Part shown: in pieces, positions 1-9,258 of the stretch
Layout: each line of letters opens with the position of its first letter
Numbering within the stretch: position 1 is the first letter of the stretch
NCBI GenBank assembly: GCA_963792075.1
Contig: CAWBUW010000002.1
Span: 376,369-440,368 of the forward strand
From: an uncultured Chloroflexia bacterium
GTDB lineage: Bacteria > Chloroflexota > Anaerolineae > Anaerolineales > UBA4823
Direction: 5' to 3'
DNA: 64,000 bases
Made by a program: the position numbers and the translations under genes
The notes under the pieces: model-generated
Database searches by the model: none
What the model was told of the DNA's origin: nothing
What the model saw: the letters and a program-made list of their open reading frames with translations, nothing else

Positions 1-479
1 TTGGGATCGGTTTCACCTGCGATTTGGATGGCCTGGAGATACACATCGGGTGCAGGTTTGTTCGAGAAGTGCATGGCGCGTACATCGATGATCCCCTGGA
101 AACAACCTTCCAGTTCCAGCACCTTCAACACCCGCTGCGCATGGGCATCGTCAGCGTTTGTGAAGACCCATTTCTTCTGGGGCAGGCTGAACAGCATCCG
201 GCGAAGTTCTGGATTGGGTTGGATAAAATCGGCCAGGGGTAAATTGTGAACGAAATGCAGGTAATCTTCAGCATCCACCTGGTAATAATGTTGCAGCCCG
301 CGCAGTGTCGTGCCGAAACTCTCCAGGTAGTGCTGGCGCAAGGGGTCGATTTGTTCCGCCGGGATGCCTAATCTCTCTTGCATGTACGCGGTCATGCGCT
401 GGCGGATGGCTTCCCAAAGCCCGGTTGTGGGAGGGTAGAGGGTATCATCCAGGTCAAAGAAGAGCGTTGTGTAAGGCAT
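1..479 (-). CDS. HAD-family pyrimidine 5'-nucleotidase (runs off window start)
   Basis: Manual translation from ATG at 479: MPYTTLFFDLDDTLYP...FGTTLRGL...WVFTNAD...KP, containing HAD motif I (DLDDT), TN and KP motifs. Not in the ORF track because no stop falls inside the window. Confidence 0.85.
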   Translation of the reverse strand, partial: MPYTTLFFDLDDTLYPPTTGLWEAIRQRMTAYMQERLGIPAEQIDPLRQHYLESFGTTLRGLQHYYQVDAEDYLHFVHNLPLADFIQPNPELRRMLFSLPQKKWVFTNADDAHAQRVLKVLELEGCFQGIIDVRAMHFSNKPAPDVYLQAIQIAGETDP

Positions 480-550
480 GCAGGTATTATAAGGCATCCA
501 GGGCGATTGCATCTGCCCATTTTGGCAGCCGCAATTCCCAGAAACAGGGG

Positions 551-594
551 GTTGGGGGGCGTGGTGGAGTAAAACCCCACCACACCCCCCCAAC
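551..594. repeat. Intergenic G/C-tract hairpin element
   Basis: gttggggggcgtggtggagt-aaa-accccaccacacccccccaac, between divergent nucleotidase and mutL. Confidence 0.7.
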
Positions 595-621
595 AGCTCC
601 CTTAAGATCAAGGTTTGCTTT

Positions 622-636
622 TATAATAGCCTTATG
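622..636 (+). promoter_or_regulatory. -10 box 6 nt before mutL ATG (leaderless-type promoter)
   Basis: TATAAT(622-627)-agcctt-ATG, no Shine-Dalgarno. Confidence 0.6.
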
Positions 637-2436
637 TCAATTCACCTTCTTCCTCCTGAAATCGCCTCGCAAATTGCTGCGGGCGAAGTTGTTGAACGCC
701 CAGCCTCGGTGGTAAAAGAGCTGCTTGAAAATGCCCTGGATGCCGGGGCGACCAATATCCACATCCAGATCGAAGGCGGCGGCCAGCGCCTGGTGGAAGT
801 TGCCGATAATGGCGCCGGGATTCCTGCCGATGAGATTGTGTTGGCTACCGCCCGGCATGCGACCAGTAAGCTGGTGACCGCTGAGGATCTATTTAACATC
901 CGTACGCTGGGATTCCGGGGAGAGGCGTTGGCCTCGATTGGCTCGGTCTCTCGTTTTACCATCACTTCCCGCCCTGCCGATGCCGCCGCGGCCATGCGGC
1001 TGCGTGTGGAAGGTGGGTCCGTTGGAATCCCGGAACCGGTTGGAGCACCCCTGGGAACGGTCGTGCGTGTGGAAGACCTGTTTTATAACGTGCCGGCGCG
1101 CCTGAAATTCATGAAAACCGAAGCCACCGAACGCCGCCAGATCGATACCCTGGTAACACAGTATGCACTGGCTTATGCGCATGTGCGTTTCCAATTACAG
1201 CAGGAAGGCCGTGTTTCACTGCAAACGACAGGCAACAGCAAGCGACGGGAAGTCCTGGCAGCCTTGTATGGGGTGGATGTGGCCCGGGGCATGTTGGAAG
1301 TGCTGGCAGAAGAGGATGGCTTGCAGGTAACAGGTTTTACCAGCCCGACCAGCCTGACACGTTCGAACCGGCGTGAGATCACTTTTTTCATCAACGGGCG
1401 GCCGGTGCAGGACTTAGCCCTCACGACCGCAGTCTTGCAGGCTTACCATACGCTGCTCATGGTGGGGCGTTTCCCTCTGGGCACGCTGTTCCTGGAGTTA
1501 GACCCGGCTGCGGTAGACGTCAATGTGCATCCGACGAAAGCTGAGGTGCGCTTCCGGGATTCCAGCCGTATCTTTAGCGGTGTTCAGCGCGCTGTCCGGC
1601 GCGCACTCCTGGCGCATACGCCGGTGCCTGAAATGGAAAGCACCCAGTTGCGTTGGTCTCCTACGCCGACCTGGCAGGGCCAGCCGCAGAAGGTGGACCT
1701 GGCCTGGGAAATGGCTCGGGCGGGTGAGCCTGCCGCGGAATCAGAAGGGGAGACGGGTGCTCCTCCGGCTGCCTGGGGAGGGGAAAGCGGTACGGCGGGT
1801 GCGCACGTAGAACAACCCGGCGTCCCCTCCAGGCTCGGGGTGCCGCTGCTCCGCCTGGTGGGACAGGTGGCTTCAACCTACCTGGTCGCCGAAGGACCGG
1901 ATGGTTTATACCTGATCGACCAACACGCTGCTCACGAGCGGGTGCTTTTTGAGCGTTTCATGGCTCAACGCCAGGCCGCGGGCGCAGACGGGGCGCTCCC
2001 CGCGCAGATTTTGCTCCAGCCTGCAACGGTTAACCTGCCTGCCGCGAGTGCGCGCCTGTTGGAAAGCCAGTTGCCTGTCCTGAAATCGTTGGGTTTTCAA
2101 GTAGAAGCGTTCGGACCCGGCACATTCCTGGTCCGGGCTATCCCTGTGCTGCTTTCCGGAATGGATCCCGCGGCAGCGCTGCGAGTATTGGTAGAAGATT
2201 TCGAAGAGGATGAGACACCGCTGCAGGCGGAATTGGAAAGCCGGGTGATTGCCCGGGTGTGTAAGCGCGCCGCGGTAAAGGCCGGGCAAACTTTATCGAA
2301 TGAGGAACAGCGGTCTCTATTGACTGAACTGGAGGCTACTTCTTCCCCACGCACTTGCCCGCACGGACGCCCTACGATGATTCATCTGGCGGTTGATGTT
2401 CTGGAGCGCCAGTTTGGGCGTAAAGGAGCACGTTAA
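634..2436 (+). CDS. mutL: DNA mismatch repair endonuclease MutL
   Basis: IAAGEVVERPASVVKELLEN, GFRGEALASI, DQHAAHER endonuclease motif, CPHGRP. Confidence 0.97.
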   Translation: MSIHLLPPEIASQIAAGEVVERPASVVKELLENALDAGATNIHIQIEGGGQRLVEVADNGAGIPADEIVLATARHATSKLVTAEDLFNIRTLGFRGEALASIGSVSRFTITSRPADAAAAMRLRVEGGSVGIPEPVGAPLGTVVRVEDLFYNVPARLKFMKTEATERRQIDTLVTQYALAYAHVRFQLQQEGRVSLQTTGNSKRREVLAALYGVDVARGMLEVLAEEDGLQVTGFTSPTSLTRSNRREITFFINGRPVQDLALTTAVLQAYHTLLMVGRFPLGTLFLELDPAAVDVNVHPTKAEVRFRDSSRIFSGVQRAVRRALLAHTPVPEMESTQLRWSPTPTWQGQPQKVDLAWEMARAGEPAAESEGETGAPPAAWGGESGTAGAHVEQPGVPSRLGVPLLRLVGQVASTYLVAEGPDGLYLIDQHAAHERVLFERFMAQRQAAGADGALPAQILLQPATVNLPAASARLLESQLPVLKSLGFQVEAFGPGTFLVRAIPVLLSGMDPAAALRVLVEDFEEDETPLQAELESRVIARVCKRAAVKAGQTLSNEEQRSLLTELEATSSPRTCPHGRPTMIHLAVDVLERQFGRKGAR

Positions 2437-3416
2437 TGCCCACGATGCAGGGGTTATGGCTTGAGAATAGAAAGTTGAGCTTACGCTCAGACTTACCCGT
2501 CCCTGAACCGGCCGCGGATGAGGCCCTGCTAAAAGTACGCCTGGCAGGGATTTGCGGGACCGACCTGGAAATGATCCAGGGGTATTATCCTTTTAGCGGG
2601 GTGTTGGGTCACGAATTTGTGGCGGAGGTGGTGGAGACTGGCAGCCCAGATGACGCCGCGGAATGGATCGGGCAACGGGTTGTGGGTGAGATCAACCTGG
2701 TGTGTGGGGAGTGCTCACCCTGTCGCCATGGGCGCAGCACACATTGTGAGCAGCGGACTACGTTGGGAATCTTCAATCGTCCTGGAGTTTTTGCTGAATA
2801 CGTGACGCTGCCCATCCGCAACCTGTACCGCGTTCCGGAGCTTATCTCGGATGAGGTGGCCGCGTTGACCGAGCCGTTCGCGGCTGCGTTAGAGATATTG
2901 CAGCAAATCCAGGTCCATCCGGAAGACCGGGTCTTGCTGATTGGGGCCGGCCGGTTGGGTCAAATGATTGCACAGGCGCTGGCACTCACGGGATGCGATT
3001 TGTGCGTGATCGTACGCCGTGCCTCGCAGGCAGACCTGCTCCTCAAGCGTGGGATCCGGACGGCGCGGGCAGAAGAAATCTCACCTCGAAGTATGGATGT
3101 TGTTGTCGAGGCGACAGGCTCTCCTGATGGGTTCGAGCTGGCCCGCCAGGTAGTGCGCTCGCGCGGGACCATCGTATTGAAGAGCACTTACCATGGGAAG
3201 ATCCAGGCAGATTTCTCCGAATTGGTTGTGCAGGAAATTACATTGATCGGTTCACGCTGCGGGCCCTTTGAGCCGGCACTGCGCCTCCTGGCCAGCGGGC
3301 GGGTGGATCTCAAGCCATTGGTAGCTGGCCGTTTTCCCCTGGCGCAAGGCCTGGATGCCTTTGCCAGGGCAGCGACCCCGGGCGTGTTGAAGATCCTTTT
3401 AGAGGTATCATCGTAA
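2436..3416 (+). CDS. Zinc-dependent alcohol dehydrogenase (MDR family)
   Basis: GICGTD, GHEF, CGECSPC...C structural Zn site, GAGRLG. Confidence 0.9.
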   Translation: MPTMQGLWLENRKLSLRSDLPVPEPAADEALLKVRLAGICGTDLEMIQGYYPFSGVLGHEFVAEVVETGSPDDAAEWIGQRVVGEINLVCGECSPCRHGRSTHCEQRTTLGIFNRPGVFAEYVTLPIRNLYRVPELISDEVAALTEPFAAALEILQQIQVHPEDRVLLIGAGRLGQMIAQALALTGCDLCVIVRRASQADLLLKRGIRTARAEEISPRSMDVVVEATGSPDGFELARQVVRSRGTIVLKSTYHGKIQADFSELVVQEITLIGSRCGPFEPALRLLASGRVDLKPLVAGRFPLAQGLDAFARAATPGVLKILLEVSS

Positions 3417-4622
3417 CTTCTCAATAACTTGGGGGTGATGGGCGGGCAGGTTAACCGTAAAGGTCGTTCCTGTACCGACTTTACTGGTTATCAGGATGTT
3501 TCCCCCGTGCATCTCGACAATCCGTTTGCAGATTGAAAGACCCAGCCCGGTACCTGGCGCAAGTTTTTCAGTGCCAGGTACACGATAAAACTTTTCGAAC
3601 ATGCGCTGCAGGTTCTCGGCTGAAATGCCGGGTCCGGAATCGGTTACGGTGATGGCGATTTGTTCAGGTTGGCTCTCGCAGCCTACGACCACACTGCCCC
3701 CTGGGAAGTTATATTTGACCGCATTACTGAGCAAGTTAAGCATCACTTGCTTGATCTTATCGATATCCGCGAGGATGGGGGGAATTTCCTGGGGGGCTTC
3801 CAATCTCAAGGAGATGTTGCGTTCAGCGGCGCGTGAGCGCATCATTTCTATGCTGTCTTCAAGCAAGGTCCGGATGTCACATGATTCTGATTGAAAGCGA
3901 GCTCGCCCAGATTCCAACTTGGAGAGATCGAGAAAGGCCGTGGTCAGCTCGGACAGGCGCTCAATCTCCGAACCTACCATGGCGATGATTTTTTGACGTT
4001 GTTCTTCTGCCAAATCTGAACGGTTAAGCAAATGGACCGCAGTGTTCAATGAAGCCATCGGGGTCCTTAGTTCGTGGATCAACTCAGCAATCTGGTCGGA
4101 TTGCTGGAACAAGCGAGTATTTTCGATTGCAATCGCTGCCTGGGCGCCAAGGGCCATCAGCAAATCCTGGTCCTCCTGGGTAAAGTCCCCGTCTAGCTTG
4201 TTGATTGCCTCCAGGGCGCCGATCACTTTGTCTTTGGCGATCAGCGGGACCCCCACCATAGAACCTGTAGGCATGTTCATCGCTTCTCCAACCTGTCCAA
4301 AATGCCGCTGGTCTTTCTGAGCATCTGAAATGATGATCGGTTGCCGGTTCGTTACCATCCAACCTGCAATCGAAGAGTCCACCGGGACACTGATCCCACG
4401 CAGCAGGGGATTATCCATATTCGTGGCGATCTCGAAACGGAGCTCGTGCTTGACAGCATCGTATAATAAGATGGAAGCTGCCTGGGCGGAGCACATATCG
4501 GCAGCCGCGCCCACGATGCGAGACAGGAGCTCGTTCAGGTCCAGAGTCGAAGTCAGATCATTGGAGATTTCCAGCAGCCGCTGGTAGCGGGTGATTTTAA
4601 CGAGTGGGTCGGATTTGGTCAT
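3408..4622 (-). CDS. GAF-domain sensor histidine kinase
   Basis: GAF domain, HELRTP, NLLSNAVKY, DSGPGI, GTGLGL. Start taken at MTKSD. Confidence 0.9.
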   Translation of the reverse strand: MTKSDPLVKITRYQRLLEISNDLTSTLDLNELLSRIVGAAADMCSAQAASILLYDAVKHELRFEIATNMDNPLLRGISVPVDSSIAGWMVTNRQPIIISDAQKDQRHFGQVGEAMNMPTGSMVGVPLIAKDKVIGALEAINKLDGDFTQEDQDLLMALGAQAAIAIENTRLFQQSDQIAELIHELRTPMASLNTAVHLLNRSDLAEEQRQKIIAMVGSEIERLSELTTAFLDLSKLESGRARFQSESCDIRTLLEDSIEMMRSRAAERNISLRLEAPQEIPPILADIDKIKQVMLNLLSNAVKYNFPGGSVVVGCESQPEQIAITVTDSGPGISAENLQRMFEKFYRVPGTEKLAPGTGLGLSICKRIVEMHGGNILITSKVGTGTTFTVNLPAHHPQVIEKLR

Positions 4623-5391
4623 GCAATACCTCTGCAGCCAGGATTGGAAAAATTTCGGCAACGTCTCCTCGCAAGAGCACATCCGCGCGCACATCCACAA
4701 AGGTGGGGGACTGGTTGATGATGATCAAGTTGGCGCCATTGTCCAATGCTCGGACCGGTAAGAGTGCGGAGGGCATCACTTCCAGGGAGGTGCCGGCCAC
4801 AAGAAGCACATCACACGTACGGCAAGCCTTATCCGCTTGCTGCCAGATGCGCTGAGGGAGCTGTTCCTCGAATAAAATGATGTCCGGCTTGAGAATTCCT
4901 TTGCACTTCGGGCAAACTGGGATTTCGCCGGTGGAGAGGTACTGATCAATCACCTCTGTGGAGGGGAATTGGGTAAAACACCTCACACAGGTGAGCGAGT
5001 TGAAAGTGCCGTGAATCTCCAGCACCCTTTGAGAGCCAGCACGACAGTGTAGTCCATCGATGTTTTGAGTGATCACGGTATGGATGACCCCCGCCTTTTC
5101 CATCTCGGCCAGGGCCAGGTGGGCTGTGTTGGGTTGTGCAGAGAGCATATGGCTGGCAAGAGGGTGTAGCCAGGCGAAAAACAACTCCGGGTGGGTCCGG
5201 AATGTGGATAGCGATGCGACCTCCATAGGCAGGTACTTGGTCCATAGGCCGCTACCAGCCGTTCGAAAGTCCGGGATGCCGGATGGCGTAGAATAGCCTG
5301 CGCCGGTCAGAGCGACCGCTTTCTTAGCACTACGCAACAAGCATGCCGCATCTTGAATGCCTTGCGTTAAATCATTGGAAAGATTTATCAT
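4597..5391 (-). CDS. NAD-dependent protein deacylase (sirtuin, CobB-like)
   Basis: TGAGYSTPSGIPDFR, TQNIDGLH, HG, two CxxC pairs, GTSLEV. Start MINL lies next to the inserted element. Confidence 0.92.
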   Translation of the reverse strand: MINLSNDLTQGIQDAACLLRSAKKAVALTGAGYSTPSGIPDFRTAGSGLWTKYLPMEVASLSTFRTHPELFFAWLHPLASHMLSAQPNTAHLALAEMEKAGVIHTVITQNIDGLHCRAGSQRVLEIHGTFNSLTCVRCFTQFPSTEVIDQYLSTGEIPVCPKCKGILKPDIILFEEQLPQRIWQQADKACRTCDVLLVAGTSLEVMPSALLPVRALDNGANLIIINQSPTFVDVRADVLLRGDVAEIFPILAAEVLHDQIRPTR

Positions 5392-5392
5392 C

Positions 5393-5484
5393 CGTAACAT
5401 CTCAATAAAAGGGAGAAGTGGGGTGTTTGTGGCGGGCGAAGCCCGCCACAAACACCCCACACCCCTACTTTTTGAGATGTTACC
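5393..5484. mobile_element. 92-bp MITE-like hairpin element with TIRs and target duplication
   Basis: TIRs gtaacatctcaa / ttgagatgttac, inner hairpin with GCGAAGC apex, direct repeat ATCATC at 5387-5392 and 5485-5490. Confidence 0.7.
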
Positions 5485-5485
5485 A

Positions 5486-6661
5486 TCATCCTTTCGAATG
5501 GACTCGCTTCGTAATGGTATCTGCCAGCTTGAAGAACTGCTGGGTGGTCAGGTTGTCAGGATGCTGAACAACGAGCGGAACATTCCCTTTTGCAGCCTGG
5601 AAAGCCAACTCTGGGGCAGGTGTAAAGACAACCGCAATGGAATATTTGAATTGCTGGTTTACCATGCTCAGTGAAAGCTGTAGTTCTGATCGCTGGCGGT
5701 TGTAAAGAACCACATGCACTCGGCCTTCGCCGAAACCGCGCGCGCTTAGATCATCCATCAGCAGTTGGGTGCGAGTGACTGTAAACGGGTTGGGTTCCAG
5801 GAGCACGATCAAATCATCACACACCGACAGGGTTTTCTCGGTGATGGGTGGCAAGCCTGACCCAAGGTCAAGCACAATATAATGACCCAGGTATGCCAGG
5901 TGGCGTGCGAGCGCCTCAAATTTGTCTGCCGCCAGGACATATTTGCCATCACTGGGTTTGTAAGTTGCTAAAAGCAAACGTATTTCAGAATCATGGGTGA
6001 TCAGCTCGGCATCCACATCGTCGGGGGTGATCTCGGTGGCTTTTTTCTGTAAAAGCCGGTCCATTCCTTCTGGATGCGTGTAGCCCAATTCAAGCGCCAG
6101 GGTGCCTTGGCCAGGCCGGAATTCTGCAATCACAACTTCCTGCTTGGTGCGCTGTCGAAGGCAGACCCCCAGGTTAACCGCTAAAGTGCTGACCCCCAAC
6201 CCGCCCCGAGCCGCCAGAACGCCAACCACATAGCCCCGCTCACGCGTGGGGACTTCCTTGGCTGGCGCACTGGGTGTGCTGCGAGCTTTGCTGCTGCGGG
6301 CCAGAACCGCTTTGACGTGTGCGAACAACTCACGCGGTTGGGTCGGCTTGGTAAGGTAATCATCCACACCAGCCTCGAACCCGGTTACTTTATCATCTAC
6401 TTGCGATTTGGCGGTAAACATGATGATGGGCGTATTTTGGGTAACCTGGTTGGCGCGTAGCTGTTTGGTCACTTCGTACCCGTCCATGTCTGGCATCATC
6501 ACATCCAGCAAAATCAAGTCCGGGTTTTCGTTTTGAGCCAGGGATAATGCCTGGTGACCGTTATTTGCAGCGACTATTTGATACCCCTGCTTCTGAAGCA
6601 TCAAACCGACGAGGCGCAGGGTATCCACATCATCATCGACGACAAGGATTTTTTCGGGCAT
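5486..6661 (-). CDS. Response regulator fused to MinD/CpaE-like ATPase domain
   Basis: REC domain (VVDDD, LLDVMMP, KP) followed by a deviant P-loop RGGLGVST. Confidence 0.85.
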   Translation of the reverse strand: MPEKILVVDDDVDTLRLVGLMLQKQGYQIVAANNGHQALSLAQNENPDLILLDVMMPDMDGYEVTKQLRANQVTQNTPIIMFTAKSQVDDKVTGFEAGVDDYLTKPTQPRELFAHVKAVLARSSKARSTPSAPAKEVPTRERGYVVGVLAARGGLGVSTLAVNLGVCLRQRTKQEVVIAEFRPGQGTLALELGYTHPEGMDRLLQKKATEITPDDVDAELITHDSEIRLLLATYKPSDGKYVLAADKFEALARHLAYLGHYIVLDLGSGLPPITEKTLSVCDDLIVLLEPNPFTVTRTQLLMDDLSARGFGEGRVHVVLYNRQRSELQLSLSMVNQQFKYSIAVVFTPAPELAFQAAKGNVPLVVQHPDNLTTQQFFKLADTITKRVHSKG

Positions 6662-6771
6662 GCCAGGCTACTCCTGATCTAATCGAAGATCGAAAATCTA
6701 TGACTCGAATGAACGATCCACTTATTTTTATTCTGCTGCCAGTCTAGCATAAAGCGGAGTTAGATGCAAGA

Positions 6772-6825
6772 GGGATATTGGTGTATGCGTGAGCGGCTTC
6801 GCCGCTCACGCATACACCAAATCCC
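6772..6825. repeat. Intergenic hairpin element (GCTTCGC apex)
   Basis: gggat(a)ttggtgtatgcgtgagcggc-ttc-gccgctcacgcatacaccaaatccc. Confidence 0.75.
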
Positions 6826-6851
6826 GACCTGATTTCAGCTATAATGCTGTT

Positions 6852-8279
6852 ATGCGATATACCTCTCTGCTTCGTGGGCTGCGAGAAAACTGGCAGCCAG
6901 ACCTCACCAGAAACGTGCTCGTTGGAGTTTCAGGGGGCGCAGATAGTCTCTGCCTGTTGGATGTGCTGAGAAGCGCGGGCCTCCGTTTGGTTGTAGTGCA
7001 TGTCAACCACCAACTGCGCCCGCAGGCGCATGCAGAGATGCTCCATGTACAGCAATTAGCACAGGCGATGGGCATCCCCTGTGTCGCCCTGGAAGTTGAT
7101 GTGCGTGGGTATGCGACTGCGAACCGTGTTTCCCTGGAAGATGCCGCACGCACGCTGCGCTACCGGTCATTGTTTGAGCAAGCGGCTTTACACCAGGCAC
7201 AAGCGGTTGCGGTGGGTCACACCGCGGATGACCAGGTCGAAACCGTACTGATGAATTTCTTGCGCGGCAGTGGATTGAACGGTTTGAAAGGCATGCAGAG
7301 TTACTTGCTGCCGAACGCCTGGAGTTAAGAGATCCCTCTTGTGCGTCCCCTACTCGACACCTGGCGACAGGAAACCGAGGCGTATTGTCAGGAACATCAT
7401 CTTCAGTACGTGATGGACGAGAGTAATCAGGATACTCATTACCGGCGCAATCGTATCCGGCATGAGGTGATCCCTTTTTTGGAGCAGATCAACCCCGAAC
7501 TGAGACCGGCCCTTCTGCGGATGGCGCAAGCTTTGCGCTCTGACCAACAGATTGTGGAGCAAGCGGTAACGACAGCCTGGGATTTTTGTATCCTATCTCA
7601 ACACGCGGATTGGGTAGTTTTCGATTTACCCAAGCTTGGTTCACAGCCCATCGAAATTCAACGCCAACTGCTGCGGCGCGCCTTGGGGCTTAACCAGGCG
7701 GGTTTGCGTGATATCGATTTCGAGAGCGTCCAGCGAGCTTTGGCTTACCTGGCCTCTCCACCCAAGAGCGGGCAATCTGACCTGGCAGGGGGCATGCGGC
7801 TGCTTTTTGAAGCGGACCGGTTGTGGGTTGCCCGCTGGGAAGCAGAGCTGCCGGGCTGGCAGTGGCCTGGAGTGGTAGAGCTGTTATCCTGGAATATTCC
7901 CGGTGAGCTGCGCCTGCCGGGAGGATGGACTCTGCAAGCCCGCTGGGTGGAAGAAGCGCCAATGGATTTGTCTACAGGAAATGCGGATCCCTACCAGGCA
8001 TTTTTGGACCTGGGTGATGGAGAAGCGTGCCTGGCCGTCAGGCCAAGGCAGGCAGGCGATCGTTATCAGCCGCTTGGGATGGAAAATGGCTCCCTCAAAG
8101 TATCTGATTACATGATTAACCAAAAAATCCCCCGGCGGGCCCGGGCGCATTGGCCTTTGGTTTGTTGGCAAGGCCAGGTAGCCTGGGTGCCGGGGGGCGC
8201 ACCCGCGCATCCCTTCCGAGTACGATCAATGACCCGGCGCGCTGCCTGGCTGCGCCTCACCCCTGGCGAGCTGCTCTAG
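6852..8279 (+). pseudogene. tilS: tRNA(Ile)-lysidine synthetase TilS interrupted by one in-frame TAA (7326-7328); true lesion or sequence error
   Basis: VSGGADS PP-loop, GHTADDQVET, RPLL, DESN, RNRIR and C-terminal TilS domains. The two ORFs are in the same frame. Confidence 0.8.
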
Positions 8280-9155
8280 CTTCATCGAAAGCTCACGCCA
8301 TTGGATTTTGGAGACCCCCAACTTCTGGCGGATCTTATTGCGGTCCACTCCGTTCTTCCAATCCAATAAAGCGCAGGTCCAGCGGCACATATCGAAGGAG
8401 AGGTGCTTGGCCAGGCCGGCTTCTTCTCCCAGGTCTTCGAGGAGATATTCCAGGCGGCGGGGTGACCAGGGGAAAATTTGTTCGCTCACCGGGTATTGAG
8501 CCTGGTATTCTTGATAAACAGCCAGCCAGCTTTCTGTCAGGCCAATCTTTCGTTCTTTATAGCGCTGCTGCGGGTTGGCGTAGCGCACAAACAGCACAGC
8601 CCCATCGGGCGTCTCGAGATCAATATGGTTGGGGCTGAGGCCCAGGCATTCGTTTTTCTTGATGCCTGTGTCCAGGAGCAATGCCACCAAAGCATACGGG
8701 CGGGCATCCGGTTTCTGCGCGCGACGCTGCTTTTCCGCAGCCTCCAAAACAGCATCGATTTCTGCTTCGGTCAGGACTTCGGGAAGCGGGCTGATGGCTG
8801 TCCGCTGCAACACTTTTTCTGCCGGGTCTGTGAGGATGGTTCCATGCTGGCGCAGCCAGCGGAAGAAAGCTTTGATGGAGGTAATGCGGCGGGAGAGGGT
8901 CTTGGGGCTGCAGGGCACCCCGCGGTCATTTTGCATCCAGTGGAGGAAGTTATTTAAATCGGCTGTCGTAATGCTGCCGAGTGTGCGGTCCGGAGGCAGA
9001 TAGCCTTCCAATAAATTCAAGTCGGCCACAAAAGCTTTGACAGTGTGTGGCGAGTTGGCCTGGTCATCCAGGTAAATTCGCCAGGCCAGGATCGCGGGCT
9101 GGAGCGTAGTCTGTGCGGTGATATGGGCAGAAGTATGGACAGGATCGGGGGTCAT
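8226..9155 (-). CDS. XerC/XerD-like tyrosine recombinase homologue with degenerate catalytic site
   Basis: SAM-like N-domain (SPHTVKAF, SPKTLSRRITSIKAFF), LPEVLT, LLDTGIKKNE. No HxxR histidine, LGH or catalytic Tyr. Confidence 0.8.
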   Translation of the reverse strand: MTPDPVHTSAHITAQTTLQPAILAWRIYLDDQANSPHTVKAFVADLNLLEGYLPPDRTLGSITTADLNNFLHWMQNDRGVPCSPKTLSRRITSIKAFFRWLRQHGTILTDPAEKVLQRTAISPLPEVLTEAEIDAVLEAAEKQRRAQKPDARPYALVALLLDTGIKKNECLGLSPNHIDLETPDGAVLFVRYANPQQRYKERKIGLTESWLAVYQEYQAQYPVSEQIFPWSPRRLEYLLEDLGEEAGLAKHLSFDMCRWTCALLDWKNGVDRNKIRQKLGVSKIQWRELSMKLEQLARGEAQPGSAPGH

Positions 9156-9172
9156 GTTCGCCTCGTGTGATG

Positions 9173-9225
9173 CGTATAGGTTTTTCGTATAGGTGTAGTT
9201 TAGCGAATAAACCGAGATTTGTCAA
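9173..9225 (-). promoter_or_regulatory. Sigma70 promoter plus tandem direct repeat upstream of recombinase-like gene
   Basis: TTGACA-N17-TAAACT (9225-9197, minus strand). CGTATAGGT repeated at 9173-9181 and 9186-9194. Confidence 0.55.
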
Positions 9226-9258
9226 TCCTTTTGGGATGGTTGCTGCATCAGGATCCGG

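Noticed and set aside
7326-7328. Stop-codon recoding (Sec/Pyl or alternative code) in tilS
   Set aside because: The codon is TAA, which terminates many other genes here. Sec and Pyl use TGA and TAG.
8226-9155. Prophage or integrative element marked by the recombinase
   Set aside because: Flanks are housekeeping genes, no att repeats or cargo were seen, and the catalytic residues are missing
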